From positions 82,596 through 146,595 of the forward strand of contig JBCCHT010000033.1 of the NCBI GenBank assembly GCA_039028615.1: 64,000 nucleotides of DNA, read 5' to 3'. Below the pieces are notes generated by a model. That model saw nothing but the letters and a program-made list of their open reading frames with translations. It did no database searches and was not told where the DNA came from. Both the position numbers and the translations under genes were made by a program. This document shows positions 47,048 to 57,295 of this stretch, one piece after another. The DNA is from Myxococcota bacterium (GTDB taxonomy: Bacteria > Myxococcota_A > Polyangia > Nannocystales > Nannocystaceae). Within the stretch, counting starts at the first letter, position 1; the number at the start of each line of letters is the position of its first letter.

Positions 47048-48607
47048 TCAGCCCCGAACGCCCGCCAGCTCGAGCACGTCCAGCTGGGGCAGCTGCTGGA
47101 GCGTGGCCACGCCCTCCGCCGTGACCACCGTATGCGCCAGGTTCAGGCGCTCCAGCGCCACCAGCTTCACCAGCGTCTCGAGGGCGGTATCGGTGATCAG
47201 CGTGCGGTCGAGCCGGAGCGTGCGCAGGTTCTGCAGCTCGGCCAAGTGTGCCACGCCTTCGTCCACGACATCGGTCGATTGCAGCGCGAGGACCTCGAGC
47301 GCGGCGAGCTTGCCCAGGTGCTGCAGCCCGCGATTGGTGACCCGCGTGTGGTCGAGCCGGAGCACCCGCAGCGACTGTAGCTCGGCCAGCGCCGAGAGGC
47401 CTTCATCGGAGATCGCGGTCCGCCCCAGGTCGAGCACCTCGAGCTCGGTCAGCGCCGACAGCTCGGGAGCCACGCGATCGTCGAGCGGGGGATGGGACAG
47501 GCGCAGGGTCCGAAGCCCGGTCAGCGCCCCGAGCCCGGGCATGCGCGAGTCGTCGAGGGGTCCGCTCAGCTCCAGGTGCCGCAGCTTGGACAGCATGGCG
47601 AGGTGCTCGAAGCCCTCCTCCCCGATGTCGCGGTCGAGCAGCACCAGGGTCTCCAGCAGCACCAGCTCTTCGAGCGCCTCGAGTCCTGCCCCCGAGATCT
47701 GGGTCTCGCGCAGCTCCAGCCAGCGGATGCCCTCCGAGTGCCGCAGCGCTCGCAGGCCCGTGTCGCCGAGGCGACGGCAGGTGCACGAGAACTTCACGAC
47801 CGGCAGCTCGCGGAAGTACTGCGGCGTGCGGTCGTTGAAGGTGCTGCCCTCGAAGGTGACCTCGCGCAGCCGGCTGAGGCCACGGATCTGGTTGAGCGAG
47901 AAGTTGCCGACCCGGGTATTGCGCAGCTCGAGCACCTCGAGGGCCTCGGCCCGCGCCATCGTCAGCATGGCCTTGTGCGCCGCCCAGTCCCCCTCGAGCA
48001 CCACGTGCTTCAGCCGTTTCGGCCACAGGTCGAGCATCAGCGCCACGTCGCTGTCGCGCTGGAGATCGCGGAGCACCAGCGTCCGCAGGGGCAGGGCCTG
48101 CAGCGGGCCCATCGGATCGGGGCCCGCCTCCACCCGGGTCAGCGTCAGGGAGCGCAGCCCGCCCAGGCGCGAGAGGTTTCCGATGGTCACACCGTCGAGC
48201 ACCAGATCGGCCAGCTCCAGCGTCTCCAGCCGATCGTCGAACGCACCCAGGCCCGCATGCACCGCCCCTTGGCATCCCGAGATCCGCAGCCGCTCGAGCT
48301 CGGGAGTCATCGCCGCCAGCTTCACCAGGTCGAGGCGGCTGCACGCGGTCTGCGGATCGATCTCGTCCAAGTGCCCCACTTGGTCGGTCGACGACATCGC
48401 CAGGTCGATCGACTTCACCTGCGTGAGGTCCACTTGCTCGAGCTGGTCGGCGTGGTGCACGACCACCTGCGTCGGATCGTCGAAGACCATCCGCGGCAAC
48501 GGCTCGGGCGTCGCCTCGACCGCCGATGAAGCCGGCGGTGGCGGCGGCTCGTCTCGACAGGCCGACCCCATCAACAACAGGGCGACCACCCAAGCGCGGC
48601 GGAGCAT
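47048..48607 (-). CDS. Leucine-rich repeat lipoprotein
   Basis: Lipobox GSAC; many 24-aa LRRs (LxxLxLxxTxxxDxGLxxL). Confidence 0.9.
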   Translation of the reverse strand: MLRRAWVVALLLMGSACRDEPPPPPASSAVEATPEPLPRMVFDDPTQVVVHHADQLEQVDLTQVKSIDLAMSSTDQVGHLDEIDPQTACSRLDLVKLAAMTPELERLRISGCQGAVHAGLGAFDDRLETLELADLVLDGVTIGNLSRLGGLRSLTLTRVEAGPDPMGPLQALPLRTLVLRDLQRDSDVALMLDLWPKRLKHVVLEGDWAAHKAMLTMARAEALEVLELRNTRVGNFSLNQIRGLSRLREVTFEGSTFNDRTPQYFRELPVVKFSCTCRRLGDTGLRALRHSEGIRWLELRETQISGAGLEALEELVLLETLVLLDRDIGEEGFEHLAMLSKLRHLELSGPLDDSRMPGLGALTGLRTLRLSHPPLDDRVAPELSALTELEVLDLGRTAISDEGLSALAELQSLRVLRLDHTRVTNRGLQHLGKLAALEVLALQSTDVVDEGVAHLAELQNLRTLRLDRTLITDTALETLVKLVALERLNLAHTVVTAEGVATLQQLPQLDVLELAGVRG

Positions 48608-48902
48608 GGCCAACGCTTCTTACGACAACCCGCGGTCGTCGGCTCGCGATTGACTCGAAGTCGATCCGCCCGAACTCCTCGACGAAAGCGCGACGCTCGC
48701 GGCCCTCATCGGGACCCATCTGGGCCCCCGTTTCCGACCCCCCGAGCGGCCGATCCGGTGATCTTTCCGTAGGCGAATTTTGCGCACTTCCCCGATTTCG
48801 AGACCACGAATCGAATCAGAACGTCGTTTTGAGGTCGAAACGTGGGATTCCGAGGGGATCCAGCGAGGCGCGAGCAGCGGCGACGCTGAAGCCGCAGCGT
48901 GA

Positions 48903-48932
48903 TTGACGCGTCTGGTGCGGTTTTAGTACAAC
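48903..48932 (+). promoter_or_regulatory. Candidate sigma70 promoter
   Basis: TTGACG-N18-TACAAC, 66 nt upstream of ATG 48999. Confidence 0.45.
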
Positions 48933-48998
48933 AGAGAGTGCGTGGTCGCCGAACGTCGGAGCAGCACCACAACCCCCGAGTGACAAGGGTCTTCCAAG

Positions 48999-49337
48999 AT
49001 GGTGATAAGCAAGATTGAGCGCGTCCTGCGTCACGACGGCATCGTGGCGGTACTCGACCAAACTGCGGAGCAGGCGCAGACGGGTGCTGATCCGTCGTGG
49101 GTCGGCGACGACAAATGGAAGCCGATCGTCCTCGAGGCGGTCAAGCTGCGGCAGATCGCCAACGAGCCCTCCGTGCGGGTTCTCGTGGGTGAGCATGCGG
49201 TGCTGGTTTCGGGCGACGAGCGACACGTCGTGGGCGTGGTCTTCATCAAGGGTCACCCCGTGGTGAAGTCGGTCGTTCGCATGGTGCGGCAGCTGCTTCG
49301 TCAGCCCAGCCCCACCCAGCAGACGCCCGGCCTCTAG
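48999..49337 (+). CDS. Small hypothetical protein (possible roadblock/profilin-like fold)
   Basis: 112 aa, helix-strands-helix pattern; has its own candidate promoter. Confidence 0.6.
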   Translation: MVISKIERVLRHDGIVAVLDQTAEQAQTGADPSWVGDDKWKPIVLEAVKLRQIANEPSVRVLVGEHAVLVSGDERHVVGVVFIKGHPVVKSVVRMVRQLLRQPSPTQQTPGL

Positions 49338-49566
49338 TCGCCGCGCCGCATACCGGGGCTCGGAGCGACGAGCCCACGCCACGTGCGCCGCCGGCTGCAC
49401 TCCGCGATTCGGTCGAACAAGATCGAAGGAGTCAGTCGGCGTTCAGCATTTCGAACGACCACCGCCACCGCGGCTGCACCATCGTGCGCTCGTTCGTTCA
49501 CACCAACGGCGGTCATGGCGAACGTAGCGTTCGGGCTGGGTTTTGGGCGAGCATGACGCCGTAGTG

Positions 49567-50451
49567 ATGATGCGCCGTCTTTCCTTGCTCGCCGCCGCCA
49601 CGCTCTTCGTTGCCGCCTTCTCGTGCAACACCGACGATGAGCCCGCGCCTCCGCCCCCTCCACCCGAATGCGGCAATGGTCTGCTCGAGACCGGGGAAAG
49701 CTGCGAAGGCCTGCCGCCTCCGATGGGCTGCGACCTGGTGACGTGCACCGTCGACCCCGAGTGGTTCTGTTTGCCCGAGCCTCCGGGTGCCGACGGCGAG
49801 ACCGGTGGTTCGTCGTCCGACGATCCCCCGGAGTGGATGAGCACCTGCGAGTTGCTCGATACCTGCGGCGACGGAGTCATCGACCCCGAAGAAGAATGTG
49901 ACGACGGCGATGACATGGTCGCCGACGGCTGCTCGGGCTGCCGCGTCGATCCGCTGTGGACCTGCGTGGGCGAGCCGAGCGAGTGCTTCAAGTGCGGCGA
50001 CGGTTTCCTCGACCCGGGCGAGGAGTGCGACGACGGCGAAGACCTCGGCATGAACAGTGCGGGCTGCGAGAACTGCGTGGTCGTGCCTGGCTGGGATTGC
50101 TTCGAGATGCCTCCGCCTTCGCTGTGCGGGCCGGTCTGCGGCGACGGCATGTTCTTCGACACCTCGGTGCCGGGCGTGACCATCGGCTTCGCCGAGGAGT
50201 GCGACGACGGCAACACCACCCCGGGTGACGGCTGCGACGCGCAGTGCCACATCGAAGACGACTGCGAGTGCACGGGCTCGGCCCCGAGCACCTCCACCTG
50301 CGTCTGTGGCGTGGGCGACTCGACCGACACGGGCGACTCGGGCGACTCGGGCACGAGTGGGGACAGCGGCACGGGCGGCAGCAGCAGCGGCACCGACGGC
50401 GGCAGCAGCAGCTCGGACGGCGGAGCCATGGACGAGGCTGGCGGCGGCTGA
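49567..50451 (+). CDS. Myxococcus cysteine-rich repeat (DUF4215) lipoprotein
   Basis: Repeats CGDG...EECDDG....DGC..C; lipobox AFSC. Confidence 0.9.
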   Translation: MMRRLSLLAAATLFVAAFSCNTDDEPAPPPPPPECGNGLLETGESCEGLPPPMGCDLVTCTVDPEWFCLPEPPGADGETGGSSSDDPPEWMSTCELLDTCGDGVIDPEEECDDGDDMVADGCSGCRVDPLWTCVGEPSECFKCGDGFLDPGEECDDGEDLGMNSAGCENCVVVPGWDCFEMPPPSLCGPVCGDGMFFDTSVPGVTIGFAEECDDGNTTPGDGCDAQCHIEDDCECTGSAPSTSTCVCGVGDSTDTGDSGDSGTSGDSGTGGSSSGTDGGSSSSDGGAMDEAGGG

Positions 50452-50537
50452 TCGCCCTTCGCTCTTGCGACCCATGGAGCCCGAGGCGGCGCGAGTCGAC
50501 GTAACACGCTCGCGCCGCCGCACGTTGTCCTGCACGC

Positions 50538-50945
50538 GTGGACACCACCGAGCCCACGACGCTCGCGAAGCTGACGGGCGTCTACCATGCCGACGGAAGC
50601 CTGCTCGGCGAGCTTCGCTATGTGTTCGGCAAGCTCCGCGGCACCGCCCACTGTGCCCTGTGCGACATCACCCACGGCAGCGTGCGCAAGAAGAGGAGCT
50701 TCCGTGATCTCGAGCAGGCGCTCGCCGTGCCGCTCGAGCTGGTGCACCTCGACGAGCGTAGTCCCGAGATCGCGGCGTTCACCGAAGGCCGAACCCCCGC
50801 CGTCGTCGGGCATACCGACGCGGGGCTGGTGATGCTGCTCGGCGCCGACCAGCTCGAGCTCGACGGCGAGGTCCCGCGCTTCCACGAAGCCCTCGACCAG
50901 GCGGTGCAGACGGCCGGGCTCCGCTGGCCCGAGCCCCGCGCATAG
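50538..50945 (+). CDS. Conserved hypothetical CxxC protein (thioredoxin-like?)
   Basis: GVYHADGSLLGELRY..HCALCDITH..LVHLDER. Confidence 0.7.
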   Translation: MDTTEPTTLAKLTGVYHADGSLLGELRYVFGKLRGTAHCALCDITHGSVRKKRSFRDLEQALAVPLELVHLDERSPEIAAFTEGRTPAVVGHTDAGLVMLLGADQLELDGEVPRFHEALDQAVQTAGLRWPEPRA

Positions 50946-50981
50946 GTGGTTGCCGCGAGCCAGCTCGGGTACCGTCGCCGC

Positions 50982-51587
50982 ATGTCGTGGATCCGCATGC
51001 TCGACGAGAAAGAAGCCGAGGAGGCCGGGGGCCGAATCGCTCGGCTCTACCGTGGCAATATCGACCCCGAGCACGGCGTGGTCGACAACGTACTCAAGGT
51101 GCACAGCCTACGGCCGCTGACCCTCGACGGGCACCTCAAGCTCTATCGCTCGGTGCTGCACGATCCGGGCACGCTCGATGCGGCCGACCGCGAGACCATC
51201 TCGATCTTGGTGTCGGCCACCAATCATTGCCGCTACTGAGTGCGTCATCATCGGGTCGGTCTGACCCGAGCCCTTCGCCAACAAAACTGGAGCGACGCCG
51301 ACATCGAGTCCTTCATGGACGAGGTGCAGGCCCACGCGGCAGACAATGGCCCGCTGCCGAGCCGGGCCGACGAGCGTATGCGGGCGATGTTCGCCTACTC
51401 GCTCAAGCTCACCCACGAGCCCTCGAAGATGGTCCGCGAGGATCTCGACCCGCTACGCGCGGCCGGGCTCGACGACCAAGCCATCCTCGAGCTCAACCAG
51501 GTGGTGGCCTACTTCGCCTACGTCAACCGGGTGATCGACGGACTGGGTGTACAGCTCGAATCCTTCCATACCGACGATACGGGCTGA
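50982..51587 (+). CDS. AhpD/carboxymuconolactone decarboxylase-like peroxidase, selenoprotein (Sec at TGA 51237-51239)
   Basis: Two track ORFs join in frame across one TGA: RETISILVSATNHCRY-U-VRHH...KLTHEPSKM..DLDPLRAAGLDDQAILELNQVVAYFAYVNRVIDGLG; SECIS hairpin follows. Confidence 0.88.
51237..51269 (+). promoter_or_regulatory. Bacterial SECIS element
   Basis: TGA + 11 nt + TCGGGTC-ggtct-GACCCGA perfect 7-bp stem; G-initiated loop 18 nt from UGA. Confidence 0.8.
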
Positions 51588-51659
51588 GGCCTCGGCGAGG
51601 CCGCTGGCCCGGCCCAAAATTCGAGGTTCGCGGCGATCGATGGGTATGCTGGCGCCCGC

Positions 51660-52820
51660 GTGCGCACGTTGCGTTTCCATGGTGTCCTCGCGGCGTGGAT
51701 CGGCCTGCTCCACGGCGGCTGTGATTCCCCGCCACCTCGGGTGGACTCGGCCCCGGCTCGGGATGCCGCGGAGGTCGAGGCTCCGACTGCGGCCGAGCCC
51801 GAAGCCGAACCTGCAGCCGAAGCCAAAGCCCCCGAGCAACCGCCCGCCGAGGCGCCCCCTCCCGCGACCGAGGCAGCGAAGGCACCCGAGCCCGCCGCGT
51901 CCTCACTCGCCACGCAGCTGAGCTCGGTCCGCTCCGACCCCGCGCCCAAACATCTCGTCCGCGACACGCACTACTGGATCTCCAACGAGCAGTCGCACTT
52001 TTTGTGGCACGAGTCCGTGTCGGGGGTCGGCGGCGCATTCGTGGGGGTAGCCACCGACCAGAACTACCTGCTGGCCGCGTGGGCGGGCAGCGAGCTGCTG
52101 GTGCTGATGGACTTCGATGCCGGGGTCGTCGACCTGCACCACGCCTACGGCGTGTTCTTCCGGGCCTCCGAGACCCCGACCGAGTTCGTGCGCTGGTGGT
52201 CCGAGGCGGCGCAAGACGAGGCCATCGCTCGCCTCGAGTCCTCGCTCGACGACCAAGCCCCCGCGAGCATCGAGGCCTATCGAAGCGCCCGCGCCCTGGT
52301 CAGCGAGCGGCTCGCCCGGGTCGACACGGCCTACCGCGAGCGCGACATCCCGACCTTTCTTTCCGACGCCGCGCAGTACCAGCACATCCGCGACCTGTGG
52401 CAGCAGAACCGAGTCTTGGCGATCCGCGGTGACCTGACCGCCGACGCCACCATGGTCGACTTGGGCAAGGCGCTGCACGAAGAATCGGTCGAGGTCGGCG
52501 TGCTCTACCTGTCCAACGCCGAGCAGTACTTCAAGTACACGCCTGGTTTTCGCCGCAACATCATCGGCCTGCCCATGTCCGATCGCGGGGTGGTGCTGCG
52601 CACCCACGGCTGGAAGCAGTTCGGCTACGTCGCCGACGAGGAGTACCACTACAACGTGCAGCCGGCGTCGCTGTTCTCGCAGTGGATGGAGCACGGCCAC
52701 GCGTGGGGCGTGCCCAAGATGCTCGAGCATCGCAACAAGACCGGCATCCGCGGCTCGTCCATCCTCGACGAAGCTCCGCCCAAGGTGCCCGGGCGCGGCC
52801 GACCCAACGTCGCCCCGTGA
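51660..52820 (+). CDS. Hypothetical lipoprotein (possible methyltransferase-like fold)
   Basis: Lipobox HGGC; ISNEQS..GGAFVGVATDQNY..LVLMDFD..RGDLT..LYLSNAEQY. Confidence 0.65.
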   Translation: MRTLRFHGVLAAWIGLLHGGCDSPPPRVDSAPARDAAEVEAPTAAEPEAEPAAEAKAPEQPPAEAPPPATEAAKAPEPAASSLATQLSSVRSDPAPKHLVRDTHYWISNEQSHFLWHESVSGVGGAFVGVATDQNYLLAAWAGSELLVLMDFDAGVVDLHHAYGVFFRASETPTEFVRWWSEAAQDEAIARLESSLDDQAPASIEAYRSARALVSERLARVDTAYRERDIPTFLSDAAQYQHIRDLWQQNRVLAIRGDLTADATMVDLGKALHEESVEVGVLYLSNAEQYFKYTPGFRRNIIGLPMSDRGVVLRTHGWKQFGYVADEEYHYNVQPASLFSQWMEHGHAWGVPKMLEHRNKTGIRGSSILDEAPPKVPGRGRPNVAP

Positions 52821-53007
52821 GTCGCGAGCACCGCTCGGCCGGTCGCGATCGTTCCCCTGCTCGCGCCCGCCCCGCGAAACCTCGCCTCGACGCCCGGGAC
52901 CGCGACCCGGCGAGCTTCGAGCCCGCGTCCGCGCCTGCCTATTGCCGGGCCAGTCATGCAGGAATCGGCGCGCGCAGGAGTTCTGCTAGGCTCCTTCGCC
53001 AGCCGCC

Positions 53008-54423
53008 ATGAGCACCCTCGCCGACGAGCTCAAACAGGCCCTGGGCCGCGACCATGTCATCACCGAAGGCGAGGACCTGGCCTTCTACGGCAGCGATCGT
53101 TGCCGCGGGCAGTGGTCCGTGGCGCCGAGCCTCATCGCGCTGCCGCGCACCGTGCAAGAGGTTCAGGCCGTGGTCCGTGCCTGTGCCGCGCGCGATGTGG
53201 CCATCGTGCCCTCGGGAGGACGCACCGGGCTGGCCGGGGCCGCCACCGCCACCCAGGGCGAGGTGGTGCTCTCGCTGCATCGGATGAACGAGATCCTCGA
53301 GGTCGACCCCGCCGCGCGGCTGCTGCGGTGCGAAGCGGGAGCCACCGTCGAGGCCGTGCACCTCGCCGCGGCCGAGCACGACCTCATCTACCCCGTCGAC
53401 TTCGCGGCCAAGGGCTCCGCCCACATCGGGGGCTCCATCGCCACCAACGCGGGCGGGGTGAAGGTGCTGCGCTACGGCCTGACCCGTAGCTGGGTGCAGG
53501 GCCTGCGGGTCGTGGTCGCCTCGGGCGAGTGTCTCGACCTGGGCGGCGCGCTCATGAAGGACAACACCGGGTACGACCTGCGCCAGCTCTTCATCGGGGC
53601 CGAGGGCACCCTGGGCATCGTGGTCGAGACGACCCTGCGCCTGTGTGCTCCGCCCGCGGATCGCGTGGTCGCCCTGTGTGCCGTGCCCGACGAGGCCAAG
53701 GTGCTCGAGCTGTTCGCCCGAGTGCAGGGCCAGGGCCTCGTGCTCCAGGCCTTCGAGTGCTTCGACGCGGGTGGCCTGCGGCGCGTGCTCGAGCATCGCG
53801 GCATGACCGGACGCGGGCCCTTCGACCCCCCCAGCTCCCAACATGCGCTCATCGAGGTCGAGGTGCCGCAGGCGGGCGAGGCCGCGCTGGAGGCCGCCAC
53901 CGACGCGCTGGCCGAGTGCCTCGCGGACGCCCAGGACGCTGACATCATCGCCGATGCGGTGCTGGCCGCCACCGAGCAGCAAGCCCGCGACCTGTGGGCG
54001 CTGCGCGAGGACACCAGCGAGTCCCTGCATCGTCATCACCCGCACAAGTCCGACATCGCCGTGCCCGTGGCCGCCCTGCCTCGCTTCCTCGCCGCATGGC
54101 GCGAGCGCGTGGCCGCGGAGCTGCCCGGGGTCGAGGCCGTCGTGTTCGGACACATCGGCGACGGCAACCTGCACCTCAACCTGCTCAAGCCCGAGGACGA
54201 AGAGCCCGAGCGCTTCCAGGCCCGCTGCAAGGCCTTCGACGAGCGCAGCTACGCGCTGGTCCACGAGTTCGACGGCAGCATCTCGGCCGAGCACGGCATC
54301 GGGCTGCTCAAGCGCGAGCACCTGCACCTGTCGCGCAGCGAGTCCGAGCTGGCGATGATGCGGTCGATCAAGCAGGCGCTGGACCCCAAGGGCCTGTTCA
54401 ACCCCGGCAAGGTCCTGCCCTAG
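53008..54423 (+). CDS. FAD-linked oxidase (D-2-hydroxyacid dehydrogenase family)
   Basis: PSGGRTGLAG, ATNAGG, KDNTGYDL, GAEGTLG, GHIGDGNLH, SAEHGIG, LDPKGLFNPGK. Confidence 0.93.
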   Translation: MSTLADELKQALGRDHVITEGEDLAFYGSDRCRGQWSVAPSLIALPRTVQEVQAVVRACAARDVAIVPSGGRTGLAGAATATQGEVVLSLHRMNEILEVDPAARLLRCEAGATVEAVHLAAAEHDLIYPVDFAAKGSAHIGGSIATNAGGVKVLRYGLTRSWVQGLRVVVASGECLDLGGALMKDNTGYDLRQLFIGAEGTLGIVVETTLRLCAPPADRVVALCAVPDEAKVLELFARVQGQGLVLQAFECFDAGGLRRVLEHRGMTGRGPFDPPSSQHALIEVEVPQAGEAALEAATDALAECLADAQDADIIADAVLAATEQQARDLWALREDTSESLHRHHPHKSDIAVPVAALPRFLAAWRERVAAELPGVEAVVFGHIGDGNLHLNLLKPEDEEPERFQARCKAFDERSYALVHEFDGSISAEHGIGLLKREHLHLSRSESELAMMRSIKQALDPKGLFNPGKVLP

Positions 54424-54442
54424 CCTCCCGGAGACACGCGGC

Positions 54443-56125
54443 TCAGGCCGAGGCCTTGGCCGGTGCCGCAACCTCGATCACGCAGCGGATGCCGTCGCGA
54501 AGCTCGGTGTTCGCGTTCACGTAGTCGTTGAGTCCCTCGAACATGTCGAGGCTCCGCGGCGCCTCCTCGACGTCACCCGCCGTCACCGAGAGCCGATAGG
54601 GATTGACCGCGCGCTCCGAGCCCGTGGCGCGGCGATACAGCCACCCCGACACCAGCTCGAGCACCTTGCGATTTTCTCGCAGCACCCTGCGCAGCGTGGC
54701 CTCGTCGTAGTCGCGGGTCAGGTGCGCCTGCCACTCGGACAGATAGTCGAGCCGCTGGTAGTTGAGCATGGTGGGCTCGCCCCAGCTTCCCGCGTCGAGC
54801 TTGTGCCACTGCCGGAAGAACTTCTGCGCGATGTGATTGAGGCGATAGACCTGCACCACGTCGATGGTGACGCTCTTCATGAACGCCGCGTCGTGCAGCT
54901 TGTCTTGGAAGTAGAGCAGCGCGGTCGAGCCCCAGTAGCCCGAGTAGTCCCACGCGACCTTGAGCGACATGACCTGCGGGTTGCCGAAGATCCCGTACTG
55001 CCCCTCGTAGAGCACCAAGAAGCTGCGGTAAAGCGCGAGGTACTGGCGGTCGTAGGCCTTGGCCAGCGCGTCGATGTCTCGGCGTTGGCGGTCGGCCTCG
55101 ATCATCTCGGTGATGAAGCCGTTGCTCATCGCGATGAAGTCGGAGCCGGGCGAGTAGAAGGGATCGACGAAGACCCCCGCCTCGCCCGTGAGCGCCCAGC
55201 GGTCGCCCGAGAACACCTGCTTGGCCCCGTAGGAGAAGCGCTTTTGGGTGCGGAAGTCTTGCACCGCCGCGAAGTGCGGCTCCATCAATGCGTACAGCTG
55301 CGGCTCGTAGTGCCGCATCCACCCCTTGGCCCGCTCGAAGGTGTTGATCTCGTCGAAGGCGTGGTGCTCGGGGTCGGCCACGATGCCGATGCTGATCGAT
55401 CCGCTCGCCAGCGGGATCAGCCAGACCCAGTAGCCCTCGCCCATGAAGTGATTGGTGCTCAGCCGCCGCATGCCGAAGGGCACCCGCCGCTGCCACTGAC
55501 GGTCGTCGCCCAGGGCATCGACCGCCAGCGGCTCGTCGATGCGCCACCAGCTGGCGTTGACCCGATGCTCGTTGTCCTCTTCGAGCTTCAGCATGCGCTT
55601 GAGCAGGCCTCGCCGGCCGCTCGCATCCACCACCCAGTCGCTCGACAGCTCGTGCGACTGCCCATCGATCTCGTAGTGAACCCGGTGTCGACGCCGTGAG
55701 ACGAGATCGACCTCGGTGACCTTCGCGCCCTGCACCACTTCGATGCCGTAGTGGAAACACTGATCGATCAAGATGTTCTCTTGTCGACCGCGATCGAACT
55801 GCGTGCTGAGCACCGAGTGATAGTGCGTCTGCCCGAGTTCGGGTCGCGACTCGATGCGCGTGTTGTCGCCCTTCGCGAAGAAGTACCGCAGTCCGAGCTT
55901 GGGGATCTTGGCGGGAATGAGCGCGTGGGAGAGGCCCAGAACTTCGTTGAAGTAGTGCGCACCGACCTCGACGCTCGATTCACCGACCTTGTGCGCGGAT
56001 TCGGGGACGGGAAAACTCTGACGCTCGATCACGGTGATCGACAGCTCGGGCATGCGCTGCTTGAGCTGGATCGCGAGGGTCGCTCCGGCCAAGCCTCCCC
56101 CGATGATGATGACGTCTCGTTTCAT
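54443..56125 (-). CDS. Flavin-dependent halogenase (tryptophan-halogenase superfamily, carrier-protein-substrate type)
   Basis: GGGLAG, HKVGESSVEVGAHYF, WVWLIP (WxWxIP), GEAGVFVDPFYSPGSD. Confidence 0.82.
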   Translation of the reverse strand: MKRDVIIIGGGLAGATLAIQLKQRMPELSITVIERQSFPVPESAHKVGESSVEVGAHYFNEVLGLSHALIPAKIPKLGLRYFFAKGDNTRIESRPELGQTHYHSVLSTQFDRGRQENILIDQCFHYGIEVVQGAKVTEVDLVSRRRHRVHYEIDGQSHELSSDWVVDASGRRGLLKRMLKLEEDNEHRVNASWWRIDEPLAVDALGDDRQWQRRVPFGMRRLSTNHFMGEGYWVWLIPLASGSISIGIVADPEHHAFDEINTFERAKGWMRHYEPQLYALMEPHFAAVQDFRTQKRFSYGAKQVFSGDRWALTGEAGVFVDPFYSPGSDFIAMSNGFITEMIEADRQRRDIDALAKAYDRQYLALYRSFLVLYEGQYGIFGNPQVMSLKVAWDYSGYWGSTALLYFQDKLHDAAFMKSVTIDVVQVYRLNHIAQKFFRQWHKLDAGSWGEPTMLNYQRLDYLSEWQAHLTRDYDEATLRRVLRENRKVLELVSGWLYRRATGSERAVNPYRLSVTAGDVEEAPRSLDMFEGLNDYVNANTELRDGIRCVIEVAAPAKASA

Positions 56126-56233
56126 TTCGTTTCAGCTCGCCTCGCGTGCGTACCGATCCCGATGCGCGCGCATGCTGAGCGCGGATAGGTGTCTTGACGC
56201 CGAAGAGATCGATGCGCCAGTCTTCTTCCGCTG

Positions 56234-57247
56234 GTGATAGCCACGACCCAACGCACGGGCAAGAAGCTGATCCTGGCGACCAAGCCTTTCGAAGCGGAGC
56301 ACCCCGCGCGGTCCTGGTTCGAGCTGCTCATCACCTTCGTGGTGTACGGCGGATGCATCACCGTGGTCTTGCTCGCGCCGTGGCTGGCCCTTCGGATCGC
56401 GGCGGCGCTGTTCGGCGGGCTGGTGCAGTTCCGAATGTTCTCGCTGTACCACGACCACAACCACGGGTCGTTGCTCGCCACCTCGCGCGTGGGCACGTGG
56501 ATCATGTCGGCGGTGGGCGTGTTCATCCTGACCCCGCGCGCGGTGTGGAAAGAGACCCACAACTTCCACCACTGGAACAACGGCAAGCTGGAGTGGACGA
56601 CCATCGGCTCGTACCCGGTGATGACCACCCAAAAGCTCGCCGACACCGAGCCGGCCAAGGTCCGCGCCTATCGTCGCACTCGGCACTGGCTGTCGCTGCT
56701 GGGCGGCTACTTCACGGTAGGCATTGGTGGGATGTGCTTGTCGGCCTTCCGCCGCAACCCCAAGCGCCACTGGGTCGGCCCCGCGGCGCTCGTGCTGCAC
56801 ATCGCGGTCTTCGTGGTGCTGCTCGCATCGCTCGGCCTGGTCACGGCCCTGCTGGTGTGGATCCTGCCGATCTTCACCAACCACGCCCTGGCGAGCTATC
56901 TGTTCTATTCGCAGCACAACTTCCCGGACAGCCGATTCTACCCGCGGGGCACGTGGAACTACACCGATGCCGCGCTGCGGGGCTCCAGCTTCATGGTGAT
57001 GGGCCCGCTGATGCGCTGGCTGACGGCCAATATCGGCTTTCACCACATCCATCACCTCAATTCCAAGATTCCCGGCTACCGCCTGCCCGAGGCCATGGCG
57101 GGGCTCGAAGAGCTCCAGACCCCGCACATCACTTCGTTTCACCCCCGCGATGTGCTGGCCTGCTTGCGGCTCGACAGCTGGGACACCGAGGCCGAGCGGA
57201 TGCGCCCCGCGAAACCGCCCGTCGCTCCGGCCGACACCAACTCATAA
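56234..57247 (+). CDS. Membrane fatty acid desaturase
   Basis: His boxes HDHNH, HNFHH, HHIHH; YLFYSQHNF; KIPGYRL. Confidence 0.9.
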   Translation: MIATTQRTGKKLILATKPFEAEHPARSWFELLITFVVYGGCITVVLLAPWLALRIAAALFGGLVQFRMFSLYHDHNHGSLLATSRVGTWIMSAVGVFILTPRAVWKETHNFHHWNNGKLEWTTIGSYPVMTTQKLADTEPAKVRAYRRTRHWLSLLGGYFTVGIGGMCLSAFRRNPKRHWVGPAALVLHIAVFVVLLASLGLVTALLVWILPIFTNHALASYLFYSQHNFPDSRFYPRGTWNYTDAALRGSSFMVMGPLMRWLTANIGFHHIHHLNSKIPGYRLPEAMAGLEELQTPHITSFHPRDVLACLRLDSWDTEAERMRPAKPPVAPADTNS

Positions 57248-57295
57248 TTCGGGACACAGGGTGGTGCCCCGCGCGGCTTGGCGGTACGTTGACGC

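Noticed and set aside
48933..48998. Riboswitch in the leader of 48999
   Set aside because: Only a short stem; no recognisable aptamer consensus
50946..51587. Two separate small genes or a nonsense pseudogene
   Set aside because: The TGA falls exactly at a catalytic Cys position and is followed by a SECIS-like hairpin; Sec recoding explains it better
53008..54423. FAD-linked oxidase as part of the halogenase cluster
   Set aside because: Convergent orientation and typical housekeeping D-2-hydroxyacid dehydrogenase motifs; no evidence of linkage
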